Part shown: piece after piece, positions 1 through 13,649 of the stretch
Position numbering within the stretch: position 1 is the first letter of the stretch
Layout of the letters: every line of letters starts with the position of its first letter
Assembly: GCA_013265495.1 (NCBI GenBank)
Contig: MU058065.1
Coordinates: forward strand, 7,006,302-7,070,301
Source of the DNA: Vicugna vicugna
Taxonomy: Eukaryota
Direction: 5' to 3'
DNA length: 64,000 bases
Notes under the pieces: model-generated
The model's database searches: none
Seen by the model: only the letters and a program-made list of their open reading frames with translations
What the model was told of the DNA's origin: nothing
Made by a program: the position numbers and the translations under genes

Positions 1-429
1 TGTCCGAGCCTGCTGGCTTCCGCTCCCCTCCTGTCTTCCACCTCCCTCTCTTAGGAGGCAGCCCTGAGGGGTAAGAATGCAGGCTAGCTGCAGCCTTAGG
101 CTTAGAGTCTCAACTCTACCACTTCCTATTTCTTTGAGCCCCAGTTGATTCATTTGCAAAATGGGTTTAATCCTGGTGGTGTCTGCAGGGCAGATGACAC
201 TGGACATGGCAGAGTTTTTGTAAACTCAAAATACCTTTTAAAAGTTAGGAAAAAAAAAAAGAAAAGTTAGTATTTCTTCCTCTTTCTTTTTCCATTTGTC
301 CTTCCTCTTTTCCTACTTCCCCTTCTTGCCTTTCCTCCTCTGGTTGTTCCTTCCTTCCTTCATCCCTCCTCTCCCCTTCCTCTTCCTGCTGTGTCTGCTG
401 TCTTGGCTAACACCATCCCTCCCTTACAG

Positions 430-490
430 GGTGTCGGCCATTTCTTCGGATCTACCAGGCCATGCAACCTGTTTACACGTCTGGCATCTA
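430..490 (+). CDS. TNS1: Tensin-1 coding exon, C2 domain: (G)CRPFLRIYQAMQPVYTSGI(Y)
   Basis: Long pyrimidine tract, ctaac branch-like motif at 407-411, acceptor ttacag, donor gtaggt. 61 nt, phase 1-2. Translation matches the recalled tensin-1 C2 sequence. Confidence 0.95.
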
Positions 491-719
491 GTAGGTATTC
501 GCAGGAACGAGTGGCCAGGGATGCCGGAGGCTGAGCCTGAGGACCAGCGGCACGGGTTGGGGGGCTGCCTAGAACCTTTTCTAGGAGGACTTTTAGGAGA
601 GGGCTCAGAGATGGGGTCAGTGAGTTTCCCCAGTAAGCCCCGGCAGAGGGGCAGCTGGGAGAAAGCGCACTGCCCCACCTCTCAGCAGCCCTCTCCCTTC
701 TGCCTACCTCTCTCCATAG

Positions 720-795
720 CAACGTCCAAGGAGACAGCCAGACCAGCATCTGCATCACCATCGAGCCCGGGCTGCTCTTGAAGGGAGACATTTTG
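720..795 (+). CDS. TNS1: Tensin-1 coding exon: (Y)[25 protein letters not shown]
   Basis: Acceptor ccatag, donor gtgagt. 76 nt, phase 2-0, in frame with neighbours. Contains the tensin/PTEN C2 motif LKGDIL. Confidence 0.96.
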
Positions 796-1372
796 GTGAG
801 TCGCCTCTCTGCTCAATCCCGTGACTGCCATTTTTTTTTTTTTTCCTGCTTCCCTCCTGCCTCTCTGGACAAGAGTGTCATTCTTGGTGAGCCGCCAGCC
901 TTGGAGTTGCAGGTTCCCAGGGGCCCTGCCGGGTCTTCCAGGCTTTGATGACCTTTGTCCATCCGCTGTCTTGGAGTTGGACGTGCCCTCCGCTGGGCTC
1001 TTCTCTTGTTCTAGATCATCTTCAGGGAAATATCTCTCAGTGTGAACTGTTACCTCAGGGCTTCCTGATGGTGACAGGACTCCCTCAATCCAGGTCCCTC
1101 CTCCCTCCTGCAATTTAAATCCACGCCTATGTTCTCCATTCCCACCTGCATGCAGGAACTTCTTGGGATGATAGCCTTGTCCCCACAGGGCAAAACTGGC
1201 CTCCAACTCTCTGCTGTTCTAGAAGTTTCCCCAGAGAGCTCTGAGCGCCTGTCTGGTATTGGTGACCTCTTCCTCACTGGGTTTGGGGTGAGCCTTGAGG
1301 GCCCAGTTATGGAGCTAGTAAAGAGGCTCCCTAATTTCCTGCCTGATGTGCTCTGCTCTCTTTCCCACGCAG

Positions 1373-1502
1373 CTGAAGTGCTACCACAAGAGGTTCCGGA
1401 GCCCAGCCCGAGACGTTGTCTTCCGCGTGCAGTTCCACACCTGCGCCATCCATGACCTGGGGGTGGTCTTTGGGAAGGAGGACCTTGATGATGCCTTCAA
1501 AG
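1373..1502 (+). CDS. TNS1: Tensin-1 coding exon: [43 protein letters not shown]
   Basis: Acceptor acgcag, donor gtgggc. 130 nt, phase 0-1. FRVQFHT and KEDLDDA are tensin C2 motifs. Confidence 0.96.
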
Positions 1503-2385
1503 GTGGGCGCGTCGAGTAGACAGGCAGACCTAGCAAGGAATAATTAGAACCACAAGGCGGAAGAACAATGATGGAGGGGCTGTGGCAGCAGTGAAGGGGG
1601 AACCATGTTCCAGGGAAGGGAAGGTGTCAGGGAGGTGTCTCTCTGTGCTTCTTTCTGCTGTCCATTTGAGGTTTCATCTACATCGTGTTCAGGCAGGCCC
1701 GGAACGTATCCACATCCATCCATCCACCAGCATCACTCGTGTGTCTGTATGTTCCAGGCATGTTTCAGACCCTAGTGATACAAGGAGAAAGAAGTCACGC
1801 CCTACCCTCAGGGAGCTCCCAGTCTGGTAGGCGAAAGAGACACACAAGCATGATACTATGAAGTGATGCTCACAGTGATGGCGAGAGACACAGGCATGAT
1901 GGGTGCTCCACAGAGCAGACACCTGCTACTGTAACTTCTCTTCCTACAAGCAGTGGATGGTGATCTGTGTCCAGATTTGGCCCAGGCAGAGATCAGCTCA
2001 TGGGGCTGGGGCTCAGATGGGGGAGGGGCTTGATCTCCCACTGTAGTCCGGCTTGTGCAGGAGAAGGCTATTTCTGTGATGAGCTTTCCCTGTAATGGAG
2101 CCAGGAGGGCAAAAGCAGATGATGTTGTTATAATTGCAGAAGAGAATGTAAATGTTATCAGTCTTAACAAGGAAAATAAAGGGCTAGCTGACAAAATAAA
2201 TGGGTTGTAGAGAGGTGGGGGGAGGGAGTGGCACAAATTTCCTCTTCCTACATGGAGTCAGGGCATGATTGAAAATGGACAGATCAAGAAATAGAGGCTT
2301 AACCATAGTACTGAAAGTTTCAGAGGTAATCAGAAGGATGAATTAATAATAAAAAAAATAAAACCAGATTTAAGAAGAGAGGTGG

Positions 2386-3121
2386 TGCAGCCATTATGGA
2401 AAACTATGGAGATTCCTTAAAAAACTAAAAACAGTCTTAACGTATGATCTAGAAATCCCCCTCCTGGGCATATATCCAGAGGAAACTCTTAATTTGAAAA
2501 GATACATGCACCCCAGTGTTTGTAGCAGCACTATTTACAATAGCCCACACCTAAAGGTGGGCAACCTAAAGGTCCATTGACAGATGATTGGATAAGGAAG
2601 TTGTGATATATTTATATAATGGAATACCACTCAGCCATAAAAAAGAATATAATAATGCCATTTGCAGCAACATGGGTAGACCTGGAGATCGCAAAGTACT
2701 TACTTCACCTAAGCCAAGTAAGCCAGAAAGAGAAAGAAAAATACCATATGCTATCACTTGTATGTGGAATCTTAAAAATAGACACAAATGAATTTATTTG
2801 TAGAACTGAGACAGACTCATAGACACAGAAAAACTTATGGTTATCGGGGGAAAAGGGGGAGGGGAGGGATAAATTGGGAGTTTGGGATTTGCAGATACTA
2901 ACTACCATAGATAAAATAGATAAACAACAAAGTCCTCCAATGTAGCACAGGAAACTATATTCAATACCTTGTAATAGCCTACAATGGAAATGAATATGAA
3001 AAAGAATATATGTCTATGTACGTATAACTGAATCACTATGCTGTACACCAGAAACTAACACAACACTATAAATCAACTATACTTGAATTAAAAAAAAAGA
3101 GATGGAAAAGAGAAAAAAAAA
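2386..3121 (+). mobile_element. 5'-truncated LINE-1 (ORF2 end, 3' UTR, poly(A)), artiodactyl/camelid-like
   Basis: ORF2 tail (EYHSAIKKN..MPFAATWVDLE) and 3' UTR gggataaattgggagtttgggatttgcagatactaac followed by an A-tail. TSD aagaag(a/g)gaggtgg at 2372-2385 and 3122-3135. Confidence 0.9.
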
Positions 3122-3496
3122 AAGAAGGGAGGTGGGAGTACTGTAAATGATCCAAATTATTCATCTTCATAGTGGTGAATCAATGAAGATTATTTAAAAC
3201 TGATATACCTAGAAAGAGTGGCATAGAAACTATGACTATTATTTAGAGTCTTAGAGGTAACTTTTAGTAGAACAAGAACTGGAAATAGTTAGAAATGGTT
3301 AACTCAGGCAGGGAGGCCAGGGCCTAGGGTGGCAGCCTTAATTTCATTGTGTGTGTGTGTATATGTATATATAAAACTTATTATATTATCAACTATTTAT
3401 GCACATATTGCTTTAATTTTTTCTAGAAGAAAACTTTTTGTAGAGTCCTTTTTGGGAATTGATTGCCCATTTTTGTTTTTCCTCTTCCTTTTTCAG

Positions 3497-3562
3497 ATGA
3501 TCGATTTCCAGAATATGGCAAAGTTGAATTTGTGTTTTCTTATGGACCAGAGAAAATTCAAG
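3497..3562 (+). CDS. TNS1: Tensin-1 coding exon, end of C2 domain: (D)[21 protein letters not shown]
   Basis: Acceptor tttcag, donor gtaaaa. 66 nt, phase 1-1. Confidence 0.96.
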
Positions 3563-3669
3563 GTAAAAGCCAAGTTAGAATACATTGATTCACTCCCTTC
3601 CCTCGATCCTGCCCTGCCTTACTTCACCCCACTTCCACCACTTTCCCACTGATCTGTTCTACGATTATC

Positions 3670-4260
3670 AAGTTACCTGTGATTGAGAGGCAGGCCAGTA
3701 GTAAAGGATCTGGATATCACAGTGGACCCCCAGCTAAACATGAATCAGTGACTTAATCCCTGGATAATAAAAATAAAAAAGTAGACAGAGAGGCGCTGGG
3801 TTGGATAAACTATTCTGGTCTCATTAGGTCATTATCCTATTATATTCAGAGACTGAAGGCCTTGATGGATGGAGGGACTGGCCAAGGGGACACTCAAAGG
3901 TGCTGGATGGATGATAAGTATTTATGAAAACTGAGGTGATTCAACCTGAAGATGAGAAGGCCAATTTAATTATAGCCTTTAAGCCAGTACACTGGTTATA
4001 TGTGGAGACCAGTTGTTTTCCATCTTATTTGAGAATAGAATGGGAAGAGCTGAAGTTGGGTTACAGACAGAGGGACTCTGGGTGGATTAAAAAAAGGACT
4101 GCTGGGTCAGGAAGGTAACTCATCCCAGAAGGCCTGACTTGCACCTTATGCTATCTTCATGCTGGATGTGTAGGAGAGATTCTACCTGGAGTGGAGAGCA
4201 TCTTAATGGGGAGAGGGGTAGGGATGGCTGAGATGACCTGGGTCCTCTCAATGTCAAGGC
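3670..4260 (+). mobile_element. Degraded CR1/L3 LINE fragment
   Basis: aaggatctggatatcacagtggacccccagctaaacatgaatcag resembles the L3 RT 3' region. Confidence 0.55.
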
Positions 4261-4682
4261 TGTGATTCGCCTGCTGTCCCTGACCCCATGCAGCCCATCA
4301 CAAGCCTCTCCCACCTTCCCTCCTGACTCCAGGGGCAGACTCCGGACTCTTGGCACTGCCCCAAGGGCCCCTGGGATACAGAAAAGAAAGAGGGTCCCCA
4401 GCCAGAGTCCTCGGCTTTCTTCTAGAGGGTCTTCATTCCTCAGCGCCCCTGTCCTGACTTACCCTTATGACCTGGTGTGAGCCTTTTCAAGAATGCAGGA
4501 AACCAGACTCCTGGGTTCTCCATCCAACTTAAGCCACTAGTCCCGCCCCACCGTGGTCAAGAAACTGAGAAGTCCCATAGGGAGCATCCTTGGGGAGCTG
4601 GTTGGCTTGCTCTGTTTTTCCAGCTGCTGATCTGTTTTTTCTTTCCCTTCACTGTCCTCTCTGCCTTTCCCACTGTTTTTAG

Positions 4683-4799
4683 GCATGGAACACCTGGAGA
4701 ACGGGCCGAGCGTGTCTGTGGACTATAATACCTCTGATCCCCTCATCCGCTGGGATTCCTATGACAACTTCAATGGGCATCGAGATGACGGCATGGAGG
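4683..4799 (+). CDS. TNS1: Tensin-1 coding exon: (G)[38 protein letters not shown]
   Basis: Acceptor ttttag, donor gtaggt. 117 nt, phase 1-1. [14 protein letters not shown] is a conserved tensin motif. Confidence 0.96.
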
Positions 4800-7700
4800 G
4801 TAGGTGGGACCAGCGGCTTCCAGCCCCTCCCCAAACTGCACAGCCCCTGCTCACATTGCCTCAACTCTCTTGGTTTGCTACGACACCATGCTAGGCTCAG
4901 AGGGAGAGTGGTGCAGAGGAGAAGTCCAAGGAGGAGAGCTCACAGTTCAGTGGGAGAAGAGAAAACAAAACATGAATGTGTTAAGTAATGAAGGCAGAGC
5001 TAAAAAATGCAGCAAAACAGCCATACAAGGGTGTATCCTTGGTGCCAGATAAGTCCTGTTGGCAGCAAGTGCTCTGAGATTGGCAGGGGAGGGATTCTTG
5101 GGAGATGGAGTGATCTTGGAGGGCTCCTTGGAGGAGGTGGCCCTGAGTGGAGCTTGAGGTAACTCTCTGTGCTGCAAATATAGCATTTGTTAAATCTCTT
5201 TTAACCTTGTTGTTGGATTTCTTCAGGCTCGCTGCCTGAGTTCTCTGGGGTCAGAACACTAGGAATGTAGACACAGCATTTAGGGCCCACCAGCTTTCAT
5301 CAACAGCCAACGAAAATGTTTGCGAGCTGGAACCAAACCGGGAGGCTCCAAAATTTGAAAAGAAAGCAGCAGAATTGAAATTAATACATGTTTAATTTAG
5401 CTACAAAACCTAACATTATGTCAGATGTTCATCTGCAACTCGGTTCAACTCTTGAGAATTAGGTATGAATTATATTGATTGATGTGGTTCATTTGAATAT
5501 GTGTGATGGGACGCAGGGCCGGGCCTCTGAAAGTGAGCATGTCTGGAGCTCAGGAACCCTTGAGACACCCTGGCTGAGGTTTGGCCACAGGCTTGCGACC
5601 CTGATTTGGTGCCGGGACCACAGAATATGGGAGCTGGGAGGACCTCAGGACCATTGGCCCACCCCCCCCAATCCATCTTCAGCTGGGATAGCTGAGATCC
5701 CCGTCCCCCAGGAGGTAAATCTCTTGATTTACCCCCACGACCAGGATGTCTCATTTTAAGGGCACTGGTGTCCCAGCCTCTGTGCTTCTCTTCCCAGCTG
5801 GAGCTGGTCCTCAGGTGGTCTGCGCCGTCCCGGGGACCCTGGGCCATGTGGCAGAGCTGGGCTAGGTAGATGCGGCACCCTCACCCTGCCTCCTGCCTCC
5901 ATCGCCAAGGTTGTGGATTTTTTTACTCCACCCTGAAAATCTTTTAGGCCTTTTCTTGCATAAGGATTCTCCCTCTGACCTTGGAGATACCAGAATGACT
6001 GATGGATTTCAGACTGGGATGAGGGTGGTGGTTGGGCTAGAATTGAGGATTTGTTGGGAGTATGTTCATGTGCAACATTGCCATGTTGAAAGTTTGTCCT
6101 CGTACCTACCTGATTCCCACCCTTCTCCGCTCCCCAGGGGCCCAGCCCATCCACCAGGGTCCTCCCTACTGCGCTGAGGCTGTCCCCTCAAATTGCTCCT
6201 CCCCTCGCCCCGACCACATCCCCTTGTGCCCAGTAACTGAGGAGGAGGAGGGTGAAGTGAATTAGTCCGGAGGTACCGGTGGCTGCCAGCCTAATTGTTC
6301 ATTGTTCTGGGGATGTTTGCATTTTTAACAAGAACACTTGGCAATTTGAAGGAATTTTCAATGTCTCTTCATCTCTCCCTAGTGTGGATTCAATGCGATG
6401 ATAAATGTAAAAACATTTAGTAAGCCATAAAGTGCCAGGCAAACAAAAGGTAAAATACTTAAGGGGAAAGGCGTGGCTGTGGGAAGAATGGGGCTTGGGA
6501 TATTGTCAGCTGTGGGGGCAGGGAGAGGGCAGACCAGAGAAGCAGGGAAGGGCAGGAAGGAGAGGGCGAGGGAGGCCCTGGACTCCTCTCCTGACCCCTT
6601 GCCAGCCCTCCTCTCCTCTGATCTGCTCCTCCAGGCAGGGGGATGGAACCAGTGGGACCTTTTGGCCAGTTAAAGGTCAGCTTGTCCTGTAGGGACAGAG
6701 GGGCTCCTGTCTGGAGGCTGAGATGCTGGCCCCGTGCCCGAGGGTGGGAAGGGAGGGCAGGGGAGCAGCTCACTGCCATGCTGTCCTCCTCCCAGGCCTG
6801 GCTGGCCTGGGCCTGGAGCTGAGCAGCTGGGGTGGTCACTGGGGCAGACCCTGCCTGTCCCACTGTGTGCTCCCCGCTGTCTCTGGGCTGCACCCCCGAC
6901 AGGGACAGGAGAGCGAGGCGGGAGCAGTGATTGTTATCCTCGTCCTGCTTCTCCTGGCTGAAGCACTTCTGGAAGGCTCTAGATTCTGGGGCCCAGAGCT
7001 AAATGCATTTTGTTCTGGCTAATTTTCTGGTCAAGAGAGCAGAGCAGGAGGCCTGTGTCTGTCTCCCTGGTTGTGGGCTGGTCACTGTGTCTCAGTTTCC
7101 CCATGTGCTAGCTAGGATATGGATGCCTAATGCCCAAGACTCTGGGAGCGCAGGAGGTGGCTCACACTGGAGCCTGGGAGGGGCTTGGCTGTCGGCCAGA
7201 GCTGTCCTAGGGCTGGGGGATGGCTTTGCGGGGGGCGATGTGATGTCTGAGGCAGCTCTGCCTGCTCTCCGGGGAGGCCCTGGACCAGGAGAGGCAGGCT
7301 GGCCCCAAGGCGCTGAGTGCAGGGGGCGAGCACGTGTGCTTTAGAGCCCAGCTACCTGGGCCACACCTCCTGTCTGCCCTCCGCAGCTGTGTGCCCTGGG
7401 TCTTCACCTTCCTGTGGTCTTTGTTTCCTCACGACAAACGTGGAATGGTGACAGCCTTCACCTCCTCGGATTACTGTAGCGATTTTCACAAAAGGCAGTT
7501 GGTAAATTGGCAGTGGTTAAGACTGTGACCTCTAGAGCCAAAATGTCCGGGTTCAAATCCTCTGACAAGACACCATTCTCTTGGGGCCTCAGTTTACCCT
7601 GCTGTGACACAGGGATTCCATTGATAGGTCAATTTGAGCACCTTTTGGGGAGCAGGAGCTGAAGGGGGGCTGCCTGTTGTGTTTCCTTGTGAGTCTCTAC

Positions 7701-9449
7701 CATGTCGGTAGTGACTGTGACTGGCATCTCAGGGGTCTGCCGACAGGACCAAGGGAGGAGCCCCCTTGGCCTTGGTGTCCAGCTCTGGCTTTGCCATGCG
7801 CCAGTCATGATGCCAGGCACTTGATAGCTGCCATCTCATCTGATGCTCATGGCCACCTTGTGAGGTTGGCACTGTTATTAGCCCTGGGTGGGGGATCATC
7901 TAGGGCACAGGGGGCTTAAGTGACCTGGCCAAGTTTGTCTCACTGGTCAAGAGCGGGTCTTGGTGTGAAACCCCAGTGCTAAGTGCTATAGCATCCTTGA
8001 CTGGCCGACATCGCCAGGGGATGTCCTGTGACAATATCTGGGTCCCTTTGAGCCTTTGAGTGTCTGTCAGCTCTGTCCCCCACTTCTCACCACTGGACAG
8101 TCCAGATCACCCTGGCTCTGCTTCTGAGGATGAGGAGGGGTTACATGCAGTGATGCACTGAGTATAGTACCTGTGGCAGGTACTTAGCAGGGCCTGAGTG
8201 CCAGGAGCAGCTGAGGCACATCCACTGATGTCCTCTGTCTCCCTTCCTCCCCCACAGGAGGGACTGCTCACTCTGGTGAGGGGCTGACCTCTCAAAATAT
8301 GGAGAAGGTGGTGTGTCCAAGTTGAGGTGAGGCCATTTCTGGAAGTGGCCCGTCTCTCCTATTTCAGGCCCGCCAGGGGAGGGCCCAGGACGGGCCAGGC
8401 CAGTACCTCTGGAGCCCACTGGGTGACTCAGAGTGGCTGGGGGTGGCACTGAGCCGGGCTCTTGGTGACAGAGGTCATCTCTGGCCTGGGCCCCACCTTG
8501 GCCATCCCTGCAGCGAGAGGTGGTCAGCATTGGGCTGAGAGCGCCTACTCCTCTGGGAAGCCCTCCAGATGACGCTGACTTAACCTTCCTCCTCGTCCTG
8601 TCGGGAACTGCTTTGGACTTAACCCCTTCCTCACTTCCCGCATCCCCACAACACAGCTCCTGTGCAGGTTTCCAGTTGAGGGCATACAGCACAGTGATAC
8701 CCAACGTGCCCTTCCTCTCCCTCAGGACATCTCCCAATAGTCTCAGTAGCAAAACGATGGAGGAAAAGCCGGGTGGGGACTTCTGGTCTCTGCAGGCCTG
8801 CCTCCCCAGATCACAGAGCACATCTCATGCCCTCCCGCCACAGAGGAAACTGAGGCTCGAAGAGGGAGGGGACCTGCCCAAGGAGGAGGAAGTCCTCATG
8901 TGTGGGACCTTCCTTCCATGATCTTGGTTCACTCTGTCCCAACCCCATGGGGTGATGACCACTCAGGTCCCCAGCATGTGGGGAGGTCAGCGATCTCGCC
9001 TGGGACCATGAGATAAGGGGTGGGGTTGGCTTGTGAATCCAAATGTTGACTCAAAATCCCTTCCCACCCCCAGGCTCAGCTTCTTCTCCCCACACCCTGA
9101 ACTCAGGATGGTTGTCCAGCTCCTCACCTTAGAGGACAGGGTGCCCACAGGGTAGGTGTGGGTCCAGGAAATAGAGCCAGAAATTGAGGGGAAAGGGAGA
9201 GTGTGCCTCTCTGTGGGGGACCAAGGCTGCAGTGACCATGGTGCGTGGACACTTGGCTCCCCTGCACTTAAGCCAGAGGAGGGGGAAGTGATGAGAGGGG
9301 AAGAATCCAATGGAAGCTCAAATGAAGAACTTTCTGATCGGAGAAGCTTCCATGTCTTGGAGCAGGTGGCCGGGGAGCAGAGGAGTGCTGGCAATTTTGG
9401 GGACTCCTTACTTGGGGAGCAGCGTGCTCTGGTGAAGCTGGGGGCCGGG

Positions 9450-9785
9450 TGTCTTAGTCAGCCCGGGAGGCCGCAACAAAGTACCACAGACTGTTTGCCT
9501 TAAACAACAGACATTTATTTTCTGACAGTTCTGGAGGCCAGAAGCCTGAGATCCAGCTGTTGAAGGCTTGGTTTCTCCTGAGGCCTCTCTTCTTGGCTTG
9601 TAGATGGCCGCCTTCTCTCTTCTCTTAAGGACACATATCCGACTGGATTAGGGCCCACCCTTACAACCTCATTTTGACTTCATCACCTCTTTAAAAGGCC
9701 TACCTCCAAGTAGTCACACTCTGAGGCACTAGAGGTTAGGACTTCAACATATGAATTTTCAGGGGACACAATTCAGCACATAATG
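9450..9785 (-). mobile_element. MLT1 (MaLR) solo LTR
   Basis: tgtcttagtc...caacaaagtaccacagact...aaacaacagacatttatt...ttcaacatatgaatttt...ggggacacaattcag are typical MLT1A-C features. Confidence 0.85.
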
Positions 9786-10964
9786 CCTGGGAAGGAGTCT
9801 TCTGGGTCGCCAGTAGTCGGATGCCCCGAGTGCAGAGTAAGAGAAGGTGCTGGGTGGGTGGAGGGGAAAGCAGTCTGGTCCCCACCAGCCTCCGGCTCTC
9901 TGTCTTTCTCTGGTTTGGTCCGGAGCCTGCCAGCTCAGCACTCTGGCTGACACCACATTTCACAGCCTCCAGAAACCCCATTAGCTCTTTGGCCTGAGTC
10001 CTGAAGCCCCGTGCCCAGATCCTGGCTCCTGGTGGGTGGGAGTGGGGCTGTGTTTTTGCCTGTGTTGCACAGAGCCATCTCCAAATTCCTCCAGAGTGTG
10101 CCAGGGCAAGCCTTCCCAGAAGCAAGTGCCAGGCTGAGGGAGTTTGGGCTGCCCTCCACCTCCTAGAAGCCTGCAGGTTGACCAGGCCTGAGTTGCCTCA
10201 CTACCCACTCACTCACTGCCACCCTTCCCTGACCTCCTTGGACATTGACTTAAAGAGAGAGGACCCAGGAGTAGGGGCTGGTGCTGGGTGAAACGGCAGA
10301 TTGCTCCGAGCCAAAAGGCAAATGAAGGGAGAAATGACAAGTCTGTTGGCCTGGTTGAAGATGGGGAGGGGGCTGGGAACCACCCACCCCTGCGTGATGC
10401 CCAGCACCCCTTCTGTTTCCGTGGGCAGCCCTGCCAGAGCCAGGGGCTGGAGCCACGGGGGCTTGGTTTTGTACCCGAGCTTCTCAGCCCTCGGTTCTGT
10501 GAGGAGAGGAATCCCCTCTTTCTGGGGAGAGCGGCCAGCTCTGTAGGACACCACCTCCTCGCCACATTCCTATGTCTGAGCGGGGGAAGAGCCTCCCAGG
10601 AGCCCCTGGTCTGGTGACTCTCATGAGCTGGACTTGACAAATGATTCCCTGATTTTTATTGAGAGAGACACATAAACAGGCAGAGAGTGAGAAGGAAAGA
10701 GAAACAAGTGAGGGACCTGGAGAGACAGACTGACCCGGACAGATATTGGCCTGGGAGACAGGAGATTTGGGTTTGGATGTCCCTGGTAACTCCTTTTTTT
10801 TTTTTTCAGATCTTATTTATTTCCTATAAAAATGGGCTCCAGTTGTGATTATTCCCATTTCTCTGAGCTCATTGTTTCTTTTTTTAAAAGTGTATTTCTC
10901 CATTCTATTGCAATAACAACCTTAAATCTTGGTGACTTATAACAATAAGGATTTTTATAACAGT

Positions 10965-11545
10965 TTTTTAAAGAGCAGTTTTAGTTCACAGCAAAACTGA
11001 GAGGAAAGTACAGAGATTTTCCTTATAACCTCTGCCCCGACACATACAAAGCCTCCTCTGTTATCAACATCACTGGCCAGAGTGGTGCAGTTTTTACCCT
11101 GGATGAAAATACACATCATTATCACTCAAAGGCCATAGTTTATCTTAGGGTTCACTCTTGATGTTCTGTGGATTTGAAATGTATAATGACATGTATTCAT
11201 CATTATAATTCCATACAGAGTATTTTCACTGCCCTAAAAATCCTCATGCTCCACCTTTTCATGGCCTGCCACGACCCCTCTCCCTTGGCAAGCACTGATC
11301 TGTTTTACTGTCTCCACAGTTTTGCTTTTTCCAGAATGTCATACAGTTGGTATCATACAGTATGTAGATTGGCTTTCTTCACTTATTAATATGAATTTAA
11401 GTTTTCTCCATCTCTTTTCATGGCTTGATAGCTCATTTCTTTTTAGCACTAAATAGCCATTGCCAGGATATACCACAGTATATTTATTCATTCACCTACT
11501 GAAAGACATCTTGAATACTCTCAAGTTTTGGCAGTTATGAATAAA
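10965..11545 (-). mobile_element. Old L1M (L1MC-like) 3' region
   Basis: tttagttcacagcaaaactgagaggaaagtacagagatttt... and ttttccagaatgtcatacagttgg are L1M 3' UTR motifs. Confidence 0.75.
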
Positions 11546-11641
11546 GAGAGCTCACTATTTCTTTTAGTAACTTATGAGGTTCTAAGATGGACCTGCTGAG
11601 CTGTCTTGAACTTGGAGTGAAAAGTAGCAGCACTCAGTGGC

Positions 11642-11990
11642 TGTGTCAGTCAGGAGAGGCTTGGTTCTGCTGCATAACAAACAGCCCCCAATTATCAGTG
11701 GCTTAACCAACAAAAGCATATTGTTTGCCCATGCTGCATGTCCAGTGTGGATTGGCAGGGGTCTCTGTTCATCTTACTTCCTCCAGGCTGATGGTGGCTT
11801 CATATCAGAGATGCATCCACCACTGCTGCTGAAATATGTAGAGGACAGTCTGACTTGCACATACTTCTGTCTGGACATGACACACTTCTGCTCACATTCC
11901 ATTGGCCAAAACATGTCACACACCCATGCCTAACTTCAAAGGGGACAGGGAATTTGTGCATGGAAGAAAGCAGAAATATTGTTGAACTGA
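11642..11990 (-). mobile_element. Old MLT1 (K/L-like) LTR
   Basis: ctgcataacaaacagccccca..cagtggcttaa and cacttctgctcacattccattggcc motifs. Confidence 0.65.
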
Positions 11991-12029
11991 CTGAAGTCTC
12001 CTTTGGAGATTAAGATTGTGGGATCTAGG

Positions 12030-12235
12030 ATTGGAAGAACTGGTTCTAAGCTCTGTTGTTTTTAACTGTGTGCCTTGATCAAGTCACTTTGCCTCTCTGA
12101 CACCCAGATGCCTCATCTGTAAAATGGGTACAAGAACAGTACTTTCCTTCTAGGATTATCATTAAGACTCAATGTGATAACATATGAAATGTGAAAAAAC
12201 AGCACCTGGTGTGTACTATGCTGGCAATAATTTGT
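12030..12235 (+). mobile_element. MIR SINE
   Basis: Core tgtgtgccttgatcaagtcacttt...cctcatctgtaaaatggg. Confidence 0.7.
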
Positions 12236-13649
12236 GTCTATTTTTATTATTATCAAAGTGCTGGAGGAAAGAAGAAAGAGATGTGATTTTGAAGGCATAC
12301 AAACCCTATCTTTTTATGAAAAAACCCACATCCCCTGGCCCCTCTACTCTCTGGGAACCATCTGTAGTTGGGTCTGTTCTGGGAGCCCCACGCTTGGAAG
12401 TCAGGAGACCTGCTGTGTAACCTTGGAAGAGTCACTTCCCCTCTCTGGTTCTGTTTTCCTCATCAGTGAATTGAGGAAGATGGATTCCCAAGGGGACTTC
12501 AGCTCTACAACCCTGATGCTGGTAATGATGGTGACAAAGACAATGACTAGATGATGGCTACCCTTGTGTACCCACCCCGTGCCAGACAGCATTACCTACC
12601 TGTTCTTTTGGTTACTCCTGCCCACGTACCATAGGTGGTTACTGTTTTGAAATCATTAGGATGAACCAGCAGAACTTGTAGGATGTGGTTTTAAAGCTTC
12701 CCCTGCCCCTGAATGACATTGGAGCGAGCCCTGTGCGTTTTCTCATCACACTGAGGTAACACAAGAGCCTCTGGGCAGCAATAAATATGCCCAGAGCCAG
12801 TGAACTTGGTGCTGCACCCCGTTAGTTCTTCCCCCCGTCTGCTCCTACCTGGAGCTAGCTGTGTGTGTGTATGGCGGGGCGGGGCGGGGGTGGTTTCAGT
12901 AGATGTTCTCTCTGTTTTTCTGACTTATGTGAAAGGAGGAAGGAAGGAAGGGAACAAAACGTTCTTCTGCCCGCACCACCATGAGGCTGCACAGAGGCCC
13001 TGGGTGGAGACACAGGCACGGATGGTCAGACTTCTGAGCTCTTTGCCAGTGGAAGATTCCGGAGGCGTCAAATGCTGGCTGTTTCTCTTCTACAGCCCTT
13101 TCGTGGGTGTTTTGGGGACACCCCCAACCCGCTCTCAAACTCCCCAAAGTCTCTCCTCACTGTCTCCTTCGGGTGGGTGGCTGCAGCTCTGTCAGAGGCT
13201 CACGACCCTGCCGCGGCCCAGCATCCCTGGCTCCCTCCAGCCTCCTGCTGCTGAGGCGAGTTTAGCCCTCCAGGTGGCAGCCCCAGGCTGGCTCTCTCTC
13301 TGCTTGCTCCGTGGGAGCCCTTAGGCTTTTTTTTTGGGCTGAGCACCGCCTGGGACTGAGGTCTGCTGCTCACCATGCGGACTTGCAGGCCTGAGCTAGC
13401 CACAGCTCTCCTGTTTTCCATGCTCCTACAGACTCATATTGAACTGAGGTGCAGGAAAAGCCCCAGGCAGGTGGCACTTGCATCAAAACATTCTTCTCTT
13501 AGATCCCTCTTAGAATCTCCCACTTCCTGGTCCTTTCACTCCCTTGACCTGGTAGTGTGTGTGTAGTTTTCAGCCACCCTGTCTTTAAAAAAATTTAACA
13601 GCTAATATTATATATTCCCAATATAATAAAATACAATGAAATATTATAT

